Source: a virus
Lineage: Duplodnaviria > Heunggongvirae > Uroviricota > Caudoviricetes
Strand: one strand, 5' to 3'
Length of the DNA: 64,000 bases
IMG/VR virus record: IMGVR_UViG_3300042270_000314
A program made the position numbers and the translations under genes. The notes beneath the pieces were generated by a model, which saw only the letters and a list, made by a program, of their open reading frames with translations, was not told where the DNA came from and made no database searches. Positions within the stretch are counted from its first letter, which is position 1. Each line of letters starts with the position of its first letter. This document shows positions 21,976 through 33,709 of this stretch, one piece after another.

Positions 21976-22418
21976 TAATAATCCACCCTTTTTAATTTTT
22001 CAAAATCTACTACAATTCCAACACAAAACGGATCACCGTCATCATAGATTTTAAATTTATAATGTGGGCAATCACAATCAAAAATCCAAAGAAAGTTTTC
22101 TCCTTCAAAATCTTCATTATCACGGACAAATAATTTCAAAAGACGTCGATCATTCTTTCTTTTAAAATATCTCTCAACCTCTTCTTCATCCTCATGATCA
22201 ATATTAGCCCAAAGGGGGATTAGACCTCCCTTATCTAGATTAAAAAGATTACTATCATAATAGGTTTCATCATGAAAACATCCACGAAGCTCTATACAAT
22301 CATCAGAATGCCCAAAAACAACTAACCACTCATTATCCTTTGCGGTTTGAAAATGTGACTCGTCAAGTTCTCGCATATCAAACTCACCTAACCATTTTGC
22401 ATATTCTTCGATTAACAT
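21975..22418 (-). CDS. hypothetical protein
   Basis: 147 aa, FGHSDDCIELRG. Confidence 0.6.
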   Translation of the reverse strand: MLIEEYAKWLGEFDMRELDESHFQTAKDNEWLVVFGHSDDCIELRGCFHDETYYDSNLFNLDKGGLIPLWANIDHEDEEEVERYFKRKNDRRLLKLFVRDNEDFEGENFLWIFDCDCPHYKFKIYDDGDPFCVGIVVDFEKLKRVDY

Positions 22419-22426
22419 AATTTCTC

Positions 22427-23020
22427 CTAATGGTAATCCACAGAATAAATCTCTCGTTTTGACATATATTCTTTAATCATGTCTATAGTCCAAATACCAG
22501 GGCCCCCATAGTAAATAGAATCCCAACCTACATCTAAAATACGTCCCTGTCCCCTATATGCCATATGGCAGTGTCCATGAATATGACCAATGCCTTTAGA
22601 AACAGTTGACCATGATGCTAAAGGATAATGAGAACACACTAAAGGGTATTTCTTTACATTCTTGACCCCAGTATCGAATCTTCTTTCTAAAAGATAATCA
22701 AGGACATTAACATTAGTTAAACCCTTATTTTTTCGATTTGCAGAAAGACTCTTTAAGAAATTAACATTATCATGATTACCCGGAACAATATTGAAACTTT
22801 TAAAATTTAACTTATTAAGAAAATCATTAGCAAGTTCTAATGTTTTCCATTGTCCCATGAAAATGTCCCCCAACACAAAAACATCATCTTCTTCATAAAC
22901 ATTAAGATTCCAATGTGTGATGATGAAATCATGCATATCGTCTAAAGAAGTATGGGGTCTAAATGCTATAGCGCATCTTTCATGACCAATATGTAGATCT
23001 GATGTAAATTTATCAGCCAT
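22427..23020 (-). CDS. metallophosphoesterase
   Basis: TSDLHIGH, LGD, PGNHD, SHYP, HGHCH. Confidence 0.88.
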   Translation of the reverse strand: MADKFTSDLHIGHERCAIAFRPHTSLDDMHDFIITHWNLNVYEEDDVFVLGDIFMGQWKTLELANDFLNKLNFKSFNIVPGNHDNVNFLKSLSANRKNKGLTNVNVLDYLLERRFDTGVKNVKKYPLVCSHYPLASWSTVSKGIGHIHGHCHMAYRGQGRILDVGWDSIYYGGPGIWTIDMIKEYMSKREIYSVDYH

Positions 23021-23745
23021 TCCTAATCCTTGTATTTTAATCTACATTTTTTGCAGCACCCTTCAAATGTTTCCACAGATAACTCTGAATCGGGAGAAAT
23101 CATTTTATATGTGGCAAGACCTTCATGAATGTCATTATAAGAAATAAACTTTCCACAATAATCACAACGAGGAGGAAGAATCTTTTCTTTCTTAGGCTTT
23201 AGTCCAAAAATTCCCATTTACTTTTCCTCATATCTTTTGTTTTTGTTGTTAAAATAATCATTACAAAGCTTTATGATCATAGCTTTAGATAGGCCGTCAG
23301 CATAGTGACGTTTAGCAAAAAGACCTAAAAGAGCCTCGGCTTTAACTAAATCCGATTGAGCTTCTTTTAAATCTTTTTCAAGTTTTGTTATGTACTCTTG
23401 TTCAAACATTTCGGTTACTCCATAGATTCGGGATATTAAAAAGTTCCAGTTTGAACAATTCCTAATGGATCTTCAATCCTATTAAGCACTGTGTTTGCCC
23501 ATTCTCGGGCCACATTCCAATATGCATCATTTAGGTCTGAAAGAAAATGAATCAGTTGACCCTTAATTTTTGCATTTTTACAATATTTTTCGACTGAAAA
23601 TTTTGTTGAAAGCATCATATCAATTCTATAAGAATATGTTTCTTCATCCCAAGATTTTTCATGGATGGTTTGAGCATCCAAAATAATGTTAGCAATAACA
23701 CAAAGTTCAACACCAGTAAACAACTTTTCCAATAGATTCATTGTA

Positions 23746-23985
23746 CTATAGAACATCTTCTGTCTCCTTGATATTTTTAAAAAATTCTTTTACTTTTTCT
23801 TCAATAATGGATTCGCTTTCGTCAGTGTAAAATCCATCATTACATGTATCACACCAATAAACTTCTGCTGGATGAGAAAATTTATGCCCTTTGTATTCAA
23901 ACTCATCTTGAATCTTCTTTAGATACATTCTGTCTTGTTCACAAATAAGACATTTACATCCATTATACAACATGTTTCTTTTCAT
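23746..23985 (-). CDS. YgiT/MqsA-type zinc finger protein
   Basis: CLIC...YWCDTC. Confidence 0.55.
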   Translation of the reverse strand: MKRNMLYNGCKCLICEQDRMYLKKIQDEFEYKGHKFSHPAEVYWCDTCNDGFYTDESESIIEEKVKEFFKNIKETEDVL

Positions 23986-24192
23986 TTTTAATTACCTTAA
24001 GACAATTTTTACATGTAACATCTTCAATAGACATTCCACTAGAACTAATAACATACCACATTTCATTTAATTCTTTACCACAGAAAGTTTCATTGTTGTC
24101 TGCTGCATGAACAGTTGAATATGTTTCAGAAAACTTTTCTTTATTATTAGGAGAATATTTACAACGTTTTACATAATTTTGTATTTTCATAT

Positions 24193-24669
24193 CTAGTACC
24201 TATAAATGTGTTTGAATTTGTCATCAATAAAATTCTTTTGATCAGGATACAGCAATTCAGTAATTCCCCACTTAGGATCCAGATCTTCCCATCTGTTCTT
24301 CATTTTTAACATAATCTCTTCTGGAACGTCATGAATAGTTTTATATTGGGAAGTAACTTTGATTACAAAAAGTTCTAAGTTAGGAAAAATATTCTTGAGT
24401 TCTAAATACTTCTCCATTTCCCAATTGGTAGTAAATGTGTTAGATACAATTACACTTTGATTCCCATAAAGGTCTTTTATGACATTATGATAGCACCAGT
24501 TATGAGCAGAGGATATGAGTTTTGGATTAAACTCGTATCCTTTAATTGTCATATAAAAGGAATCAGCTTCCCATCTTGTAAAACAATAATTCCCTGCACA
24601 AATTTCTCGAGCAAGAGTTGATTTACCCGAACCAGGAATTCCACGAATCAAAAGAAGTTTACTCATCAT
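24193..24669 (-). CDS. polynucleotide-kinase-like P-loop ATPase (AAA_33)
   Basis: IRGIPGSGKST, WEAD, VIVSNTF, IHDVP. Confidence 0.8.
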   Translation of the reverse strand: MMSKLLLIRGIPGSGKSTLAREICAGNYCFTRWEADSFYMTIKGYEFNPKLISSAHNWCYHNVIKDLYGNQSVIVSNTFTTNWEMEKYLELKNIFPNLELFVIKVTSQYKTIHDVPEEIMLKMKNRWEDLDPKWGITELLYPDQKNFIDDKFKHIYRY

Positions 24670-24884
24670 TTTCCCCGATATTATTTAAAATCATCTCAGC
24701 TAATCTGTAGTTTATAACATTATCTATATCAATATCTATAGGTTCCAGATCATCAATCATTTCATCAACCCAAGATTCTAATTCAGAATTCATCTTATTT
24801 TCCTTATTTAGAATTAATCAGATAAGAATAATTTAATAAGAATTCGGAAGATTGTAAATAAAAATTTAGAGAAATAATGTTAAT

Positions 24885-25078
24885 AATTTTAATAGGTTAT
24901 AAAAAACTAAAAATCCTATGAAAAATGATGTATAAAACATTACATTTTTTCATAGGATTTCTAAAAAATCTCGTAAGTTATTGATATTATTAGACAACTT
25001 GAGATTTTGGTGGATTTCTAAGTTATTGAAATAATTAGGCTTTCGGAAAACCCTCAGAATCTTGAGATTTCCGGACTA
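24885..25078 (-). repeat. Dispersed ~200 bp repeat, copy B (overlaps 3' end of gene 25035-25370)
   Basis: Inverted copy of 8478-8690; internal inverted repeat 24911-24960. Confidence 0.85.
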
Positions 25079-25370
25079 ATTTCTGAATCTTGTATGTTTT
25101 TCCTGTTTTTACTCTCTTTGTTTCGTATCTGAATTCTTCTTTTTCCTCTTCAACAATTTCAAAATTCCCATGTAGATAATTAAGATGACTTTTTAGCTCA
25201 CCTTCAATAGAATCTATCAGAGCTTTATTTTGTATAAACTTTTCATCTATAATAAGATCAACCAAATGACATAAAAATCCATTATACTCGGGATTAATAA
25301 TCCCTTTATCATCATTCAAATTGATAAAAAATTCAATTTCCTCTATGAGTTGTTTGACACTATCTTTCAT
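25035..25370 (-). CDS. hypothetical protein
   Basis: 111 aa; last ~13 codons come from the repeat. Confidence 0.55.
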   Translation of the reverse strand: MKDSVKQLIEEIEFFINLNDDKGIINPEYNGFLCHLVDLIIDEKFIQNKALIDSIEGELKSHLNYLHGNFEIVEEEKEEFRYETKRVKTGKTYKIQKLVRKSQDSEGFPKA

Positions 25371-25839
25371 TTGTAAGTTCTCTCTTGTCTATAAAATGGG
25401 AATCTACAATCAATTCATCCATGAGTTGTTTAAAAAAGTTAATAAAACACTTTGATGAGCAAAAGTGATAATCTGATTTAAATTCTGTGATAATGTCATG
25501 AATCACCATTGTTGAATCTTTGCTTATTTTAAATGTCATTGGTGAATTCCATGATATTCCACAGGTATCACATACAAATTCATATTTGATAGTTTCTCTA
25601 ATCATGAATTTTTCCCCATGATAGAATAAATGGCCCTAAATAAAACGATCTAAACGTGATACCTTTCTTTGTAATTTTTTGAAGACCAAATGTGAATTCT
25701 CTAATAGTACCATCTGATTCTTCAATTGCCCATCTTCTTTTTAAAAATGGTATAGGTTCTTCAGCAATATTAAAGAAAAACATCCAATTAAGTATTGTAA
25801 ATTCTTTTGCAAATTTGTTTGTATTTTTATATAAAGCCA

Positions 25840-26358
25840 TTATACTTCCGTTCTCCTTAATCCACAATTTGGACAAGTATCATCTTCATTATAACATCAT
25901 GTTGTATTACATTTTTCACATGATACTCAGCCGTCAGGGACCTTTGTCAATATAAGGCCAGGAATATTGTATTCCTTCTCAGCATAGTCTTCAATTAAAG
26001 AGATTAGCTCCGGTTGTCTATAATCATACATATCTGGAATTTTCCACACAAAAATGTTTGGGTGTTCAAAATCATCTTTCCACTGTGAATTATCAATAAT
26101 AGCTTCTACATGACATTTCATATCATGATCCATTACAATAACATCATTTGCCCAAAACACTAATGCATCGTCTACTGGAATCAAAGCATATTCAGTTGTT
26201 AGGCCAGCAGCACGAGTATTAAAGTTATATGGCGGATTACTAAGCACCCACGCAACGGTGGGTGATCTTAGCATACCAGCAGAACACAAACAAAGAACTC
26301 TTCTTGCTTGTGTCTGATATCGATTTTCAAGATTTGCCATTCTATTTCTAGTACTCAT
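25840..26358 (-). CDS. LMW phosphatase-like protein with C-terminal zinc ribbon; in-frame TGA at 25927 and 25897
   Basis: CLCSAGMLRS (CX5R); read-through gives WVSCEKC...CPNCG and TAATG coupling at 25840. Confidence 0.75.
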
Positions 26359-27212
26359 TTTTACCCCAGTGTAATATGTTTATAGGACTACAATTATCTG
26401 AATAAAATATATATTCTAAATTATCAGTTTTTTGTTTTTGTGAAGAAGGAGAAGTATTTCTTATATTTCTTATATAAGATTTATTTTTTAGATGTTTATT
26501 TACATCATTCAATATATCACAATATACATACTCTTTATTTTTTTATAAGTTCTATAAATTCATACTGTTGTTCGAAAGAAAATCCTGTGTAAGAACTATT
26601 CCGTGATGCATATGGGGGATCACAAAAGAAAAAACAATCTTCATTTAACATGTTTTTATAATCACTACAATGTATTTCTGTTCTTAATAATATATTTTTA
26701 ATTTTATTAAAATTTTTTCTTTCCAAAAAATACATTCTTAAACCATAAGAAGAATTCATTCCATTAGGACTAAATCTTAAAAAAGAATTTATACAAGAAT
26801 TCGCAAGCATGTGTAAATATATTCCTTCATCTATTGTGTCTGTTTTCCAATGAGTTTCATTATACCAATTTCTAAAATTATACCAATTTTTTTTCTCATC
26901 TTCCCCATTATTACTATATCTTCTATCTGATGTGAATTTTCCAAATTTGGAAAAAACAAAATTTACAACATCTAAATAATAATCATATTCTATTTCTTTG
27001 AATGTTTTATATATTCTTATAATATTTTGATCTATATCATTTATAATATACTTATCAAACTCTCTATGTAAATTAAAAAGCACTGCGCCAGACCCTACAA
27101 ACGGTTCACAATATACTTTTTTATTTGTTATTATATATGAATTTATAATATCTATAAATCTTGTTTTTGCACCACTATATCTAAAAAATTTAACAGGCAT
27201 TATCTCCTCCAC
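26348..27212 (-). pseudogene. Dam-like (D12) DNA adenine methyltransferase, frameshifted in an A7 run
   Basis: YSGAK, EPFVGSGAV, DPPY. Frame stops at 26535, but another frame continues ~60 codons to TAG at 26348, overlapping the next start. Confidence 0.7.
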
Positions 27213-27479
27213 TCATTAGTTCACCTTTTAACTACTTCCATGATATTACCATATACCTTTTAGAATCTACCATGAAACTTCGATTTCTATTGTTTTTGTT
27301 CGTTAGTTTTCATCTTTTTCCTGCTTTAGTGTATAAATATACCCTTCTTTTACTTCAAACCAACAAATTACTATATCACAATCAACACATCTTTCCTGAT
27401 GAATAGTAGATTTACCACCTGATTTATGATGCGTAAATGATCTAACCATTTCTTCATTACATTTAGGACATTTCATTGA

Positions 27480-27914
27480 TTACTCCAACAGTCTCAATTT
27501 ATCAGTTACGCCAATAAAATCTTCTTCCCAACATGGGCCAATGCCCAAACAAGTCATTGTTGGTTTATCAAAAAAAGTTAATCCAGCATCAGTTATTAAT
27601 GCATGAGGTAATTGTTTTTCTTTTGCTAAATCTCTTATTTTTAATAGCTTTTCTTCAGATTTAACATATGTTATAATTTTTGTAAATAATGGGTTTTGAA
27701 AATCTTCTCCTTCAAACCAATAGGAAGTAGCATTTCTATCACAATTTTCAGTTTCTAATGGTAAATAAATCCCCTTTCCATACTCTTCATTAAATTGAAT
27801 GAGAGCGGTTGAAAAAAGGGCTTCTTGTGATGCATGTGCAACCTGAACAGCAAGTTTTCCAATTGGCATATTTAAACTTGCATTCACAACAATAACCTGT
27901 TTTGCTTTATTCAT
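27480..27914 (-). CDS. peptidyl-tRNA hydrolase type 2 (Pth2)
   Basis: GKLAVQVAHAS, DAGLT, TCLGIGP. Confidence 0.88.
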   Translation of the reverse strand: MNKAKQVIVVNASLNMPIGKLAVQVAHASQEALFSTALIQFNEEYGKGIYLPLETENCDRNATSYWFEGEDFQNPLFTKIITYVKSEEKLLKIRDLAKEKQLPHALITDAGLTFFDKPTMTCLGIGPCWEEDFIGVTDKLRLLE

Positions 27915-28156
27915 TAGGGTTCCCCATTTTTGATTTTGTAACAACAAATATCTTCATTTTTAAATACCCCAATCTTCATCTGCACTCATATAATCCAACT
28001 CAACATCAAGAATATGGCAACTATACTTACCGCCTCTATATGATTCCTCTAAATCACCCGCCTTTTTTGCCCTTTCCATTGTGGAATATACACCAACCAC
28101 ATAAGAGTGGTTTTCATTACTACCCCATCGATATGCTGTTACAACAAATACTTTCA

Positions 28157-28510
28157 TTACGCGTCCACCCATTCGAGAGTAAGAATATTATTTTCAAAAG
28201 TATAATCTAATTTCAAGATATCAGAAAAATCAATATCATCGTCTCTAAATTGATTAAGCTCTTTAAAAAACTTAACTTGTGCTTCATATACCTGTTCTTC
28301 AATTACATCTTCCAATTCCTCATCTACATCTTCAAAAGAAATCTTTGCTTGTACACTTTCACCCTCAATTTCCCAATCATAATCATGATGAATCCCCTTA
28401 GCTCCCCAATACTCATAAGAACCAATACCATTATCAACATATTCTACAGAAGGTTCAGGAACATCTGCAATAAAATCAATAAGCTGCTGAAAATTTATAA
28501 GATCCTTCAT
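28157..28510 (-). CDS. acidic hypothetical protein
   Basis: First gene after early promoter, AGGAG RBS. Confidence 0.55.
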   Translation of the reverse strand: MKDLINFQQLIDFIADVPEPSVEYVDNGIGSYEYWGAKGIHHDYDWEIEGESVQAKISFEDVDEELEDVIEEQVYEAQVKFFKELNQFRDDDIDFSDILKLDYTFENNILTLEWVDA

Positions 28511-28549
28511 GATATTGACTCCTTTAAGATTTATTGTTTCGTTAAGAAT

Positions 28550-28578
28550 AGATTATAAAAAACTTAAAGGTTTGTAAA
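28550..28578 (-). promoter_or_regulatory. sigma70-type early promoter
   Basis: TTTACA-17-TAATCT. Confidence 0.72.
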
Positions 28579-28592
28579 TAGTTTTTTATCAA

Positions 28593-29138
28593 TTATTTCC
28601 AATTTGTAATATGATTAAAAATAAAATCTAATGCCCTATCACAATTTACAATATCTAAATGAATTTCTATTTCATTTTCCTTAAGCATCTCTTTGATTTC
28701 ATTTTCTAAATGTTTGGATTGTTCCATAGAATGGACCCGCCCCTCCTGCTCAAAATTGAAATTATCATTTAAAGATATGAAATAATTAAGATTAGGATAA
28801 CGATTAAAGGTAGATGTTACTAATGTAGAAAATTTAGATACATTATAAAAAGAATTCTTTTGAATGTAAACATTGGAAAGGATCAAGGGGCTATCCATTA
28901 TTACATATTCATATTGATCGATTAATCTAAACAGCTTTCTATTTTGATTAGCAAAAACATAAAGCTGATCCTCTTTGATAATATTAAATCTTTCTTCAAA
29001 GACACATTCTTTAGCATATTCAGTTACAAATTCAACTGAAAATCCATTCACTTTCATACGATAAAAAAGCCCGGATGCTAGTGTAGATTTACCAACACCC
29101 GGAGCACCAAAAATATTAATAACCTTTTTCAGTTTCAT
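28593..29138 (-). CDS. NadR/AAA_28-like P-loop kinase
   Basis: FGAPGVGKST, EYAKE, MDSPL, QEGR. Confidence 0.8.
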   Translation of the reverse strand: MKLKKVINIFGAPGVGKSTLASGLFYRMKVNGFSVEFVTEYAKECVFEERFNIIKEDQLYVFANQNRKLFRLIDQYEYVIMDSPLILSNVYIQKNSFYNVSKFSTLVTSTFNRYPNLNYFISLNDNFNFEQEGRVHSMEQSKHLENEIKEMLKENEIEIHLDIVNCDRALDFIFNHITNWK

Positions 29139-29419
29139 CTCTATGCCTTTATATCATAATAACCTGGCTTATGCTTTTTACAATTACAATGTTCTCCACA
29201 TGAAGTAGAAGGAGGTTGTGTAACTTTAATCATAGCATCAGGTCCTTCTGAAGATTTGACTTTCGAAAGAACGGCAACAAGCTCCTTTAGACCCTCTGCA
29301 TTTGCTTCAAACGCGGATGCAATATCACTGATAGCTTGAAGCTTTAGTTTGGTTTCTTCTGTAGTGTTCACAGTAAAATTACAATTTGAAATATTTAAAC
29401 TCATTTGATTCTCCTTATT

Positions 29420-30031
29420 TTATAATCTATCCACAGCATCTTTAAAGTTTTGTAGGTTTTCTTTAGGTGTTATTTCCAACTTTTTTCGTTGAGCATTAAC
29501 AAATCTTCTTAGTAGGACTCTTGTATATTTTGTTGGCATAAGTTCTTCTTTAAAAAGTGTATTATCAAAACTGTTGATGTATCCATACGCATAGGGATAG
29601 TTACTTATCCAGATAGAACAAAAGGGGGTTTCTTCTCCACTTTCTTCATCCTTATAACAAAAATTTAGATAATAGTTTGAAAGCACCATATACAATTTTC
29701 CTTCCTCAACCTTATTAAACAAAATTTCATATGCTTCATCAATTGAATGTGATGTCTTTCGAATAGCACTCCAAAATCTTGGATTTAATATAGCAAAAAT
29801 AAAATTATCTAAAACCTTGTTAATACGAACATACTTGTCAAGAATTGCAATTTTTCTAAACATTTTTTCTCCTAATAGTTCTTTTTCTTTAGGGGTTAAA
29901 AGACCATCATCTTCAAACTGTTTGATTTCCTTTATCAAATTAACATATTCTTCAGAACCGGCTTGATCTGTGATCTCAAGATCAAAAATTCTATTCATCT
30001 TTTCTTCATATTGGTCAACAGATTCAATCAT
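29420..30031 (-). CDS. hypothetical protein
   Basis: 203 aa ORF, GGAG RBS. Confidence 0.55.
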   Translation of the reverse strand: MIESVDQYEEKMNRIFDLEITDQAGSEEYVNLIKEIKQFEDDGLLTPKEKELLGEKMFRKIAILDKYVRINKVLDNFIFAILNPRFWSAIRKTSHSIDEAYEILFNKVEEGKLYMVLSNYYLNFCYKDEESGEETPFCSIWISNYPYAYGYINSFDNTLFKEELMPTKYTRVLLRRFVNAQRKKLEITPKENLQNFKDAVDRL

Positions 30032-30042
30032 AACAAATTCTC

Positions 30043-30990
30043 CTAATCAAAAATCTTATCAATGATGGTTGACACATAAGCAGAATCAATCTTCTCAGGA
30101 TCGGTTTTACTTAAAGCTTCAACTAATTGATAAAGATACGCCTGGTCTACGCCGACTAACATCTCTCTCATTACTTCATGATCCTTCAAATCAATTTCAC
30201 TAATCTGCCACATGATCTTCAGTTGTTGGCCAGCACTAATTCTCCAACCTCGTTCAAGAAACTTCTTCATTCTAAAGATTGAAGCAATAGGATACAAACT
30301 ACCTCTATAAATCAATGTCCTGCTCAGTAAACATTCTAAAGCTTCTGGATCTAAATGTAAATAGTTCTTATCATAATCATAGTAATTCTTTGCGTGGGCA
30401 AAATCATAGTTTTCGTGGATTTCGTCTGGGCTTCCATAAAATCGAATAACAATTTGCATCTTATCACTTAATGTAATTGCATTTTGTGAAAGAAAAATAG
30501 GACGATACCTTGGCTTAGAACTATCCTTAATTTCTTCAGATAATTGAGCAGCAAATTCTGTTGCATCATCCATATCTCGCATTTCATAATAAGCATATTC
30601 TTCCTGGGTTTCAGAAGCAACCCCAGCAGATTTCATATAAATTACTACACGTTCTTCTTCAACACCCTTGATATTCTTTAGAGTTTCTTCCTTTACAATT
30701 GGTTGATATGAAATCTCCATGGCATCAAATTTATCACCATTCAATTCTTTAAATTTAGAAACATAATAAATAGCAAGTTGTTTTGCAGCGTCCTTGGTTT
30801 TCATGTATACATCGTAGTCGTGCACCTTCTCACCTAGAAGCATTGAGGCAATAGCACCACCTGTAACAATGGTGTTTTTTGCAACAACTTGACGAAGATC
30901 CTCATCTTCAATAGAATTAATCCAATCATCAATCTTTTTCTTTAGTTCAATTCTAATACCGTTCTTCTTTCTACCATATCTGATTTCCAT
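30043..30990 (-). CDS. nucleotidyltransferase-fold protein
   Basis: TGGAIAS...DYDVY (GG/DxD), YDFAH, KFLERGW. Confidence 0.6.
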   Translation of the reverse strand: MEIRYGRKKNGIRIELKKKIDDWINSIEDEDLRQVVAKNTIVTGGAIASMLLGEKVHDYDVYMKTKDAAKQLAIYYVSKFKELNGDKFDAMEISYQPIVKEETLKNIKGVEEERVVIYMKSAGVASETQEEYAYYEMRDMDDATEFAAQLSEEIKDSSKPRYRPIFLSQNAITLSDKMQIVIRFYGSPDEIHENYDFAHAKNYYDYDKNYLHLDPEALECLLSRTLIYRGSLYPIASIFRMKKFLERGWRISAGQQLKIMWQISEIDLKDHEVMREMLVGVDQAYLYQLVEALSKTDPEKIDSAYVSTIIDKIFD

Positions 30991-31980
30991 TTACCTAACC
31001 TCACTTGTTAAATTTATCATCGCTTGCATTACAAACTTCTTGATAGAACTCATTCATTAATGTTTCAATTTTCTCACCAAGTTCTTTTAACTTTGGTTCA
31101 TCAATATCAACCACACCATGCCCCATAATATGATCCTCCCATGAAGTAATCATAATATGTGCAGTGTGAATTACTTCATGGTATCCAAATTCATCATTAT
31201 ATGCCATTATGCGTAAGCTCCACTCCATTTATCTTCAACTAACTTTTCTAAATCCTCTTCTCGACAACTACATTCCCAATAAACAAAACTATCATAATAC
31301 CCTTTGTATTTGACAACATGCATTTCCTTATTACAAAGAGGGCAAACAGGTTTCTTGATTTTCTTTTTCATATCATTTCCTTTAATTCGCGGATTTTCAA
31401 CATACAAATCTCAAATATTATCATTTAAAACTTTTTGAAAATCTTCAGGAATATCTTCTTGAGATTCTGATAATTTATTATAAAATTCTTTTAATGCTTT
31501 ATCAAATTCCCCATTCATATATAATCTCCAAATAAAATTATTATATGCTATCAATACATATTGTAAATAAAAAAGGAACCTTCGGGTTCCTTTTTTAACA
31601 TTTTGTTTTATTAGGCGAGAAGCCCATCGGCTGCTTTCGATCTTCTTCTCCGCTTTCGCCCTCATCATCACAATACTCTGTTCCTACACCATCCCCACAA
31701 GTATCATATCCCATGACCTTATCACGAGGCCCCTGTTCATTTTCCATGACCATCAAATAATAATCATTGAGGGCGTTGTGAAGTGCCTCTACGTCACTCA
31801 CTAGATTGCTATATTCATTATATTCAAGAATCTTTTCACTACCATCAAGATTCAGAATTAAACAAAAAAGATTATCTCCAACTGTTTTTGTATAATAAGA
31901 CTCAATTTTCCCCAAAAGAAAAGAATGAAGATGATTGTCATAAAATTGATGAAACATAGAACTCCTTAAAAATTTTATTT

Positions 31981-32508
31981 TTATTTATATAGAGAGTATT
32001 TTTTAATAATACCAGATCTTCCAAGAATATCTAATTCTGTTTCAATAACCTTTTTAATAACCTCTAGCGAAACATTATACTTATTACTAAGCTTTTCAAT
32101 TTCACTCAGGTTTCTTTTTTTACTTTTCGCTCTTAAATTGTTTTCATTAATAATTCTTCTTATTGGCCATACCGAACAATTGAATTTCTCCGCAATTTCT
32201 TCAATAGACATATTATTATTAAGACACCGTTGAATTTCTTCCGGTTTGATATAATCACTTATCGAATTCTTCTTATTGTATGTTACTCCAAGTTTTGTCA
32301 TACTATACGTGAAAGAGGTCATTTGGAGATTATAGTGTCTTGAAATATTTTTTAGAGTTTCACCCTTATCTAATAGTTTTTGAATTTCTTCACGATAAAG
32401 AACTACCTTTTCGCCGTTTCTTTTTGAGACAATCACAGAATTTTTCATATATTTTCTCCAATAAAAAAGTTTATATATTTTAAAATAAAGGGGCCTTAGG
32501 CCCCTCAT
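31981..32508 (-). CDS. HTH-repeat protein
   Basis: ETLKNISRHY and SIEEIAEKFNCS helix-turn-helix-like segments. Confidence 0.5.
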   Translation of the reverse strand: MRGLRPLYFKIYKLFYWRKYMKNSVIVSKRNGEKVVLYREEIQKLLDKGETLKNISRHYNLQMTSFTYSMTKLGVTYNKKNSISDYIKPEEIQRCLNNNMSIEEIAEKFNCSVWPIRRIINENNLRAKSKKRNLSEIEKLSNKYNVSLEVIKKVIETELDILGRSGIIKKYSLYK

Positions 32509-32509
32509 A

Positions 32510-32866
32510 TTAAGAGATCATCCAGAGAGTTGCCTGTCTTCCGCGAGTACCTGGAATCTTTTCGGGCTGAACAGACTTGATGAGGTTCTCACGCTGACAT
32601 TCCATTACTGCCTTATGGACGAGATATGGGGAAACTTCAAGCTTCCTGGCAAGCTGCAGAATCGAAAAAACTTCAAAATTCTTAGCTCGAGTAATTACTT
32701 CATTCTTGATGAAAGAAAACTGTGATTCCCGCTTAGAGGGCTTCTTTTCTCGAGTCTTGTTGGAACAGTTTTCCATTACCTTAGAAACAAGAGCTTCTAC
32801 GCGAGCCTTGCCAATGCGGTTGTTCTTAGCAAAATCATTGATCAGGTTGGTAATCTGGGTGTTCAT
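32510..32866 (-). CDS. putative DNA-binding early protein
   Basis: First gene after early promoter; winged-HTH-like ILQLARKLEVSPYLV. Confidence 0.5.
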   Translation of the reverse strand: MNTQITNLINDFAKNNRIGKARVEALVSKVMENCSNKTREKKPSKRESQFSFIKNEVITRAKNFEVFSILQLARKLEVSPYLVHKAVMECQRENLIKSVQPEKIPGTRGRQATLWMIS

Positions 32867-32907
32867 GGTATTACTCCATTTGGTTAAATTGTTATTTTGT
32901 TGATTTA

Positions 32908-32936
32908 AGAATAACTAAATTCTTAGGAGATGTAAA
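32908..32936 (-). promoter_or_regulatory. sigma70-type early promoter
   Basis: TTTACA-17-TATTCT. Confidence 0.72.
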
Positions 32937-33285
32937 CAATTATTTTGAAAAAATTAAAAAAAAAAAAATTATCGCCAAGGATAAGCGTTATATGCCTTCA
33001 ATCCAGAAGGAGAAATCCTACTGGGTGTTTCTGAAAGACAAAGATCCGAACGATCAAATTGATATAAAACATCTTCATTCATGTTATAACAAAACAAACC
33101 TTCACAATCTTCATAAAATTGACGGCACTGAATCTTATCTTCAGTTACTGAAAAAGCAAATCTCTTTCCATCCTTAAAAAACACATTTCGCTTTCCATCA
33201 GCCTTAAGATTGTTGGCTTCAAGAAATTCCTTAAAAAGCTCTCGACTGACATTGTTGTTTCCCATTGACATACTGATCTCCTTTA

Positions 33286-33639
33286 TTACTTCTTTGAAAA
33301 ATAGATCTTAGCCATTGTAAGATCACACTTATACATCTTGCCATTATCAGAATAAATGAAGGGATACTTGTAAGAGGACTTGCGATAATCAACAAGCTTC
33401 CTTCCTCCAGTACCCTCGATTTGAAGATTGTGAAGATCCATGATCCCTTCAAGGATACTAGGGATTTTTGTGGAAGCATTCAGCACCTTTGACTTCACCT
33501 TCATTGAAAATTCATTTGCAGAATAAGAGATATTACCAAGATCGAATTTGATACCATATTTGGTTTCAATCTCCTTAAGAGCAGAACTCATTTCAGAACG
33601 AAGAAGGTTCAAATTGTTGTTGTCAAACTTGGTTATCAT
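33286..33639 (-). CDS. hypothetical early protein
   Basis: First gene after early promoter, GGAG RBS. Confidence 0.6.
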   Translation of the reverse strand: MITKFDNNNLNLLRSEMSSALKEIETKYGIKFDLGNISYSANEFSMKVKSKVLNASTKIPSILEGIMDLHNLQIEGTGGRKLVDYRKSSYKYPFIYSDNGKMYKCDLTMAKIYFSKK

Positions 33640-33680
33640 GGTATTGCTCCATTTGGTTAAATTGTTGTTTCGTTAAGAAC

Positions 33681-33709
33681 AGATTATCAAAATGTTCCTA
33701 GGATGTAAA
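33681..33709 (-). promoter_or_regulatory. sigma70-type early promoter
   Basis: TTTACA-17-TAATCT with extended TG. Confidence 0.72.

Noticed and set aside
30995-31003. TGA at 31001 as proof that TGA is still a stop
   Set aside because: It is followed by GGT TAG, so both readings give nearly the same protein; uninformative
32950-32968. Long poly-A run as a special element
   Set aside because: Intergenic and downstream of a - strand gene; most simply a U-tract or low-complexity sequence
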